Below are positions 58,570 to 64,000 of a stretch of DNA of 64,000 nucleotides, one piece after another. Source of the stretch: Verrucomicrobiota bacterium (GTDB taxonomy: Bacteria > Verrucomicrobiota > Verrucomicrobiia > Verrucomicrobiales > DEV007); the NCBI GenBank assembly GCA_045046875.1, contig JASFYY010000008.1:10701-74700 (forward strand). The letters are read 5' to 3'. The position numbers were made by a program, and so were the translations under genes. Numbering within the stretch: position 1 is the first letter of the stretch; each line of letters opens with the position of its first letter. Under the pieces are notes generated by a model. It searched no databases. It was not told the origin of the DNA and worked only from the letters and a program-made list of their open reading frames with translations.

Positions 58570-60018
58570 ATGACAAACAAACTACTTAAAGCTGCCTGCA
58601 TCGCCACTGTGACACTCGCAGCAGCATTGCCGCTGAACGCGGAAACTCTGCAAACTCGGATTGGTGAACTGGAGTTCACCCACGATTTTGCTAACGGCTA
58701 TCCGACCGACGCCACGGTGGAAAAACTTCACGATGCCATTGATTTCCAACGAGCCTGCCAGGCTTACATTTGGGCAATTCCCACAGTTTCGATGTCCCAG
58801 TGGCAGTGGTCTCACGAAAATGAACTCGGTGCAAAAAATGGCCAGATCGTTTTGTTGGAGAGCTATCAGGATCGGCTCGGCGGGCTGACCTACAATGCCA
58901 CGACTCCCTACGCTCTGCCCTTCATCGACCTTGCTGTTGGCCCATGGATCGCAGTCATGCCAGAGGGCGAGGTGCGCGGTGCGGCCCACGACATGTGGCA
59001 GATTGGCATTACCAAGCTGACCGAACCAGGTAAATACCTCTTTGTCGGCCCCGGACAGAAGGTTCCTCAAGGAGCCAAAGTCGCGGGATACAAAGTATTC
59101 CAATCACCGACCAACAGCCTGTTACTAGGCATTCGTCTGATGTCCTCCAAACGTGAGGACCGCATGAACTTGTTGGGAAAAATCGAAATCTATCCCTACG
59201 CCGAACGGAAGAATCCCAAACCCCGTGGACATATCACTCCCGACGGAAAACCCTGGCTCGCCGCCCAACCTCGTGGAATGAAGTATTGGGAACGCCTTGC
59301 CGATGTCATCAACCGCGAACCCGTCAACGAACGCGACCGCATGATTCTAGCGATGCTCAAGCCGCTCGGGATCGAAAAAGGCAAGGCCTTCAAGCCGAAT
59401 GAACGTCAAACCAAGATCCTCACCGAAGCCGCGCTGGTGGGTGAAGCAATGGCCAAGGCCAACGACTTCTCCAAGCGCTTGGAGGATGCTCACTACATCA
59501 ACGGATCGCACTGGGAATTCGCCACCGTTTGCCCTCCTGATCAGCGCCGAGAACACTACGACGCCCTCGACGGCCGCGCCGCATGGTTCTACGAAGCGGT
59601 CACCAATGACCCCGCTATGCACGGACAGGAAACCGGCAAGGGGCAAATTTATTTGGGAGCCTACAAAGATAAAGACGGAGATTGGCTCGACGGTGGCACC
59701 AACTATGTGCTCAACGTTCCAGCCGACGCACCTGCCGAGGCCTTTTGGTCGATCACCCTCTACGATGTCGATACTCGTTGCCTGATCAAAAACGAACAGC
59801 AAATCGCCGACCGTTCCTCGCTGATGGATCTGCTGAAAAATGACGATGGTTCGATCACAATCTACATCGGTCCGGACAAACCTGCAGGGGACAAATCCAA
59901 GAACTGGATCCCCAGTGTCGGGGGCAAAGCATGGTTCCCTTACTTCAGGCTCTATTCGCCGAAGAAGGCATTCCTCGATCGCAGCTGGGTGCTGCCGGAT
60001 ATCGAAAAAGCGAAATAA
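58570..60018 (+). CDS. DUF1254/DUF1214 domain exported protein
   Basis: DFQRACQAYIWAIP, LTYNATTPY, LKPLGIEKGKAF, WLDGGTNY, FWSITLYD, KNWIPS...YFRLYSP. Confidence 0.88.
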   Translation: MTNKLLKAACIATVTLAAALPLNAETLQTRIGELEFTHDFANGYPTDATVEKLHDAIDFQRACQAYIWAIPTVSMSQWQWSHENELGAKNGQIVLLESYQDRLGGLTYNATTPYALPFIDLAVGPWIAVMPEGEVRGAAHDMWQIGITKLTEPGKYLFVGPGQKVPQGAKVAGYKVFQSPTNSLLLGIRLMSSKREDRMNLLGKIEIYPYAERKNPKPRGHITPDGKPWLAAQPRGMKYWERLADVINREPVNERDRMILAMLKPLGIEKGKAFKPNERQTKILTEAALVGEAMAKANDFSKRLEDAHYINGSHWEFATVCPPDQRREHYDALDGRAAWFYEAVTNDPAMHGQETGKGQIYLGAYKDKDGDWLDGGTNYVLNVPADAPAEAFWSITLYDVDTRCLIKNEQQIADRSSLMDLLKNDDGSITIYIGPDKPAGDKSKNWIPSVGGKAWFPYFRLYSPKKAFLDRSWVLPDIEKAK

Positions 60019-60058
60019 TCAAATTCGTTTCTCCTAAAATCAATTCAGTTAAAAAGTT

Positions 60059-61633
60059 ATGAAAATCAACCTAACAAAACGACTGAGGCTCAGTTGTGCG
60101 ATTGCCTTTACGACGATCACCTCGACTTACGCCGCAGACAAACCCAATATCGTCGTCATCTGGGGGGATGACATCGGCGTACACAACATCAGTGCCTACA
60201 ACCACGGCATCATGGGGTATCAAACCCCCAACATTGATCGAATCGCGAAAGAAGGCGCATTGTTCACCGATTCCTACGCGCAGCAAAGCTGCACAGCAGG
60301 GCGGGCATCGTTCATCCTCGGTCAGCACCCGTTCCGTACTGGCTTGCTCACCATTGGCATGCCAGGGTCGGATCACGGCATCCCCGACTGGTCTCCTACC
60401 ATCGCCGATCTACTCAAAGAACAAGGTTATACCAGTGGTCAATTTGGCAAAAATCACCTTGGAGATCGCGACAAACACCTGCCAACCAATCACGGTTTCG
60501 ATGAATTTTTTGGCAATCTCTACCACCTCAATGCGGAAGAAGAACCTGAGACTTACTACTACCCGAAAGATCCAGAATTTCGCAAAAAGTATGGTCCACG
60601 TGGCGTCCTGCACACCTTTGCCGATGGCAAGATAGAGGACACCGGTCCGCTAACAAAAAAGCGAATGGAAACCGTAGATGAAGAGTTTCACGGTGCTGCC
60701 ATGGACTTCATCGATCGTGCGCACAAAGCAGATAAACCCTTTTTTGTTTGGTATAATGCCACCCGCATGCACGTCTGGACACGACTCAAAAAGGAATCAA
60801 TTGGTCGCACAGGCATTGGCCTTTACCCCGACGGCATGGTCGAGCACGATGATTACGTTGGTAAAGTTCTCCAAAAACTCGATGATCTGGGCATCGCCGA
60901 TAACACCATTGTTGTGTATAGCACTGACAACGGAGCCGAGACCTTCACTTGGCCAGACGGAGGAATCACTCCCTTCCATGGGGAAAAAGGAACGACCTAC
61001 GAAGGTGGAATGCGAGTACCAATGGTAGTTCGTTGGCCTGGCGTGATCAAACCTGGAACCCTCGTAAATGAGATTTTCTCCCACGAGGACTGGATGCCGA
61101 CCCTACTCGCAGCAGCTGGAGAGCCAGACATTGTCAATAAACTCAAGAAGGGTCACAAGGCCAACGGCAAGACATTCAAGGTTCATGCTGATGGTCACAA
61201 CTTCCTTCCTTATTTCAGAGGCGACGTGAAAGAAGGTCCCCGTAAATCGATCATGTATTTCTCTCAAGGAGGAGACTTGAATGCGGTGCGCTACGAAAAC
61301 TGGAAAGTTCACTTCGCCCAGCAACCTGGCAACATCGCGACCGGTGTGCGTGAAGTGACGTCTTGGCCTGCGATCGTCAATTTGCGCGCCGATCCCTACG
61401 AGAAGGCGATGTTCGAGGGCGAACTGGGTTACATGCGCTGGTATGTGGACAACATGTGGATTTTTGTTCCGATCCAAAGCGTGATCAAAGAGTTTCTTGC
61501 TACTATTCCTGACTACCCTTTGCAGAAAGGCTCTAGTCTTAGTGCTGCAGGGATCAACTATGGTCTATTCGATAAAAAAGACGCAATGGATCGCCTAAAG
61601 AAATTGGAGTCTATCAGTCGCCCAAATAATTAA
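60059..61633 (+). CDS. Arylsulfatase (CTAGR-type S1 sulfatase)
   Basis: WGDDIG, QQSCTAGRASF, GKNHLGD, GNLYHLNAEEEPE, STDNG, EKGTTYEGG. Confidence 0.93.
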   Translation: MKINLTKRLRLSCAIAFTTITSTYAADKPNIVVIWGDDIGVHNISAYNHGIMGYQTPNIDRIAKEGALFTDSYAQQSCTAGRASFILGQHPFRTGLLTIGMPGSDHGIPDWSPTIADLLKEQGYTSGQFGKNHLGDRDKHLPTNHGFDEFFGNLYHLNAEEEPETYYYPKDPEFRKKYGPRGVLHTFADGKIEDTGPLTKKRMETVDEEFHGAAMDFIDRAHKADKPFFVWYNATRMHVWTRLKKESIGRTGIGLYPDGMVEHDDYVGKVLQKLDDLGIADNTIVVYSTDNGAETFTWPDGGITPFHGEKGTTYEGGMRVPMVVRWPGVIKPGTLVNEIFSHEDWMPTLLAAAGEPDIVNKLKKGHKANGKTFKVHADGHNFLPYFRGDVKEGPRKSIMYFSQGGDLNAVRYENWKVHFAQQPGNIATGVREVTSWPAIVNLRADPYEKAMFEGELGYMRWYVDNMWIFVPIQSVIKEFLATIPDYPLQKGSSLSAAGINYGLFDKKDAMDRLKKLESISRPNN

Positions 61634-61745
61634 ACAGTGATTGTCACGCAGACAAACGACTGCGTGACCAAGACTGAGCCGTCGTATCGGAGAGTTCTTT
61701 ATAGAGACGCCTTCCAGCTCCGAATCAAATTCGCTTCACATTATT

Positions 61746-62267
61746 ATGAAAGCCGAGCGCCTCATTGCCATCGTCTGTTCGATTGCCCTTCCTGCAAGCA
61801 GTTTCGCCCAGGACGAAACCTGGAGCGAACTACGCAGCCTGCCATTTCCTGAAAACTATCCGACGCAAAAGACCACCGAACGCCTGCTCGACGAAGTCTT
61901 GTTCCAGCGTGCCTGCCAAGTGGTGACCTGGGCACTTCCCGCCACCGCATTGTCGGCGATGAAGAAGGGATCGGAAGACGAGTTTGGGGAAGGGTCGAAT
62001 GTTTTTCCCATCTGGAAAGACCGGTTCAGCGCCGAAACCATTGTCAGCACGCCGAATTCGGATGTGATCTATGGCATGGGCTACCTCGATTTGAAAAAAG
62101 ACGGTCCCACGGTGATTGTGGTTCCGCCAAAACTGCAAGGCATCCTCGACGACTTCTGGCACCGCCCCTTGACCGACGTCGGTTATGTCGGCCCCGAAGA
62201 CTGGTCAATGCGAGGCATAATGGCCTCCTTGGGCATCGTCAAAGGTAAAAGAATCAAAACCCTATAG
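61746..62267 (+). pseudogene. Internally deleted and truncated DUF1254 paralog
   Basis: FQRACQVVTWALP, TPNSDVIY, DDFWHRPL, then GYVGP joins directly to EDWSMRGIMASLGIVKGK and a stop; no DUF1214 half. Confidence 0.7.
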
Positions 62268-62290
62268 AAACTATTCAAAAAAAATATAAA

Positions 62291-63148
62291 ATGGTCTCAA
62301 AAACTTTGCCCTACATCGCTCTCTCAGCAGTAAATGTCCGCCTATTCGTGGCTGCACTAATCTGTAACCTACCGCTTAGTGCCGTTGCTGGGCCTGCCAC
62401 TCCACCGGATACGGAGGTCGCCATCATCGAAAAATCCGATCCATGGTATCGACTTGCCGGACTCTATCAATATTTCCAAGTCGACTACCTCGATAGTGCC
62501 AATGCGGCAACTTATACGATAGAGATTGAAAACCAATTCAGCTTCGCATGGTTTGATGTAGAGAACCGCTTAATCCTCGATCTCGCGGACTATCCAGCAG
62601 AAATCAAAGACATCGAAGGCAATCCATTTCCCGTCAACGGTGCAGGAAGTGGTATCGGAGACCTGCTGATAGGCACATTTTTTGCTAAAAAAAACCAAAC
62701 AAGCCATTTCCATTTGGGCATAGGGCCTATCATCCAGGCACCCACAGCCAGTGATGACAATCTTGGGACTGGCAAGTGGACCATGGGCCCAGGGTTACAT
62801 CTCGAATACCATAAGGATAAACTAAGCGCCGGTCTCTTCCTGTGGAATTCTTGGTCTTTTGCTGGCGATGCCAATCGCAAGCGGGTGAATCAACTGACCG
62901 CAAAACCCTACTTCATCTATCAACTGCTCGATACATGGAGTGTGCTTTATATCCCCCTTGGTATTTCCTCATCTTGGGACAAACCCGCGAACAACCGTTG
63001 GAAAGTCCCTCTAGGCGGCGGTGTTGGACATAAATTCCACGCCTTCAGTCGAGAGATGGAATTCCAGGCTCAAGCATTTTACACCGCAATTCGACCTGAA
63101 AAATCGCCGGAATGGTCACTGCGTTTCACCCTTGAAATGCCTTTCTAA
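62291..63148 (+). CDS. Second putative outer-membrane beta-barrel protein (paralog of 57682-58530)
   Basis: GIGDL, PTASDDNLGTGKWTMGP, WKVPLGGGVG, WSLRFTLEMPF. Confidence 0.7.
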   Translation: MVSKTLPYIALSAVNVRLFVAALICNLPLSAVAGPATPPDTEVAIIEKSDPWYRLAGLYQYFQVDYLDSANAATYTIEIENQFSFAWFDVENRLILDLADYPAEIKDIEGNPFPVNGAGSGIGDLLIGTFFAKKNQTSHFHLGIGPIIQAPTASDDNLGTGKWTMGPGLHLEYHKDKLSAGLFLWNSWSFAGDANRKRVNQLTAKPYFIYQLLDTWSVLYIPLGISSSWDKPANNRWKVPLGGGVGHKFHAFSREMEFQAQAFYTAIRPEKSPEWSLRFTLEMPF

Positions 63149-63185
63149 CACCTGGATAACCTCCAGATCAAACCCGAGCCCCGTG

Positions 63186-64000
63186 ATGAAAACCATCTTA
63201 CCTGTCAGCTTTCTCTCCCTAGCATTAACTCTCACAATGCTAAGCTCGACCTACGCAGAAAAAGCCAAAGCCCGTTTTTCTCTCTATTACGTGGCCGAAG
63301 CCAATGAAGTGTCCGAAGGTGGCAGAACAGGCAAGGTAGAAACCGTTGAAGGCAAATGGGAGACTTATCGTATATCCCGCAAAGACAACAGTAAGGCCAA
63401 CAGGGAAGGCACTGTCGTAACAAAGGATGCCGAAGGAAATGACGTTGTGGTTTCGATTTCAAAAATCGGAGTCTGGCACGATTTGAAAAAGGGTTGGGAA
63501 GGAAAAGGCAATCGCAAGAACCCTTTGACCTCTTACCGGACAATCGCTGCAGACACCAAATACCACCGCTACGGATCCAGAATATTTGTCCCTGGCATGG
63601 TGGGCAACAAAATGCCAAACGGCAAAGAACTCGACGGGTATTTCTGGGTGGGTGACGTGGGAGGTGGAATCAATGGCGAGCTACGCTTCGATATTTTTGT
63701 CGGACGTGCCGACTGACTATGAAACGATCCTGTCCAATTACAAAGGCAAATGGTCAGAAGAAGTCGAACTTACAAACCTGCCTAATGCTCCTGCCAAGTT
63801 CAACCCCCGCACCGATATCGGGGTCTCCCGTATCCTTGAGAGCTTGGACTACAATGTGACAGGGGAAAAAGCCGGTAAAAACGCCAGCGAGAGAAAGACA
63901 GAGATCGTTGGTTTGAGTTCCTCGTTGACAGACTTCCAACAACAACACCCTCACATTCCTCCAGTTGAATACGGCAGCCGGATTGGTGCAGTGTGTGTGT
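63186..64000 (+). pseudogene. Exported 3D-domain (MltA-like) protein interrupted by an apparent 4-nt duplication; continues past the window end
   Basis: Signal peptide; RTIAAD...GSRIFVP...VGDVGGGI...RFDIFVG. GACTGACT at 63711-63718 creates TGA; removing one GACT gives an open frame to 64000. Confidence 0.65.

Overview
Bacterial chromosomal DNA, most likely Verrucomicrobiota/PVC. This is inferred from a PSD1/DUF1549-DUF1553 plus DUF1501 pair, a PVC-type heme CxxCH protein, several sulfatases and a lone prepilin-motif gene. Housekeeping genes include type III glutamine synthetase with a sigma54-like promoter, xseA, glgB, nrdB-nrdA with tandem NrdR boxes, ald, fxsA and an ABC-F ATPase. Accessory blocks include a Y1/RAYT-like HUH transposase beside an AT-rich islet, a ~17 kb ROK/AraC-associated sulfatase/heme-protein/beta-propeller locus, and a module at the right end. 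That module holds a prokaryotic pentameric ligand-gated ion channel, a FixLJ-like two-component pair, DUF1254/DUF1214 proteins and a sulfatase. The most unusual element is a 187-aa lipoprotein (1586-2149) in which a 26-residue hydrophobic lipopeptide is fused directly to a compact Hint (Hedgehog/intein) autoprocessing domain. Also notable are a ribonucleotide reductase beta subunit lacking the radical tyrosine (class Ic-like, Leu at that site) paired with a three-ATP-cone alpha subunit, and a diheme peroxidase-family protein lacking both the inter-heme Trp and the usual Met. I saw no rRNA, tRNA or CRISPR array. All family assignments come from motif recognition by eye, not from database searches.
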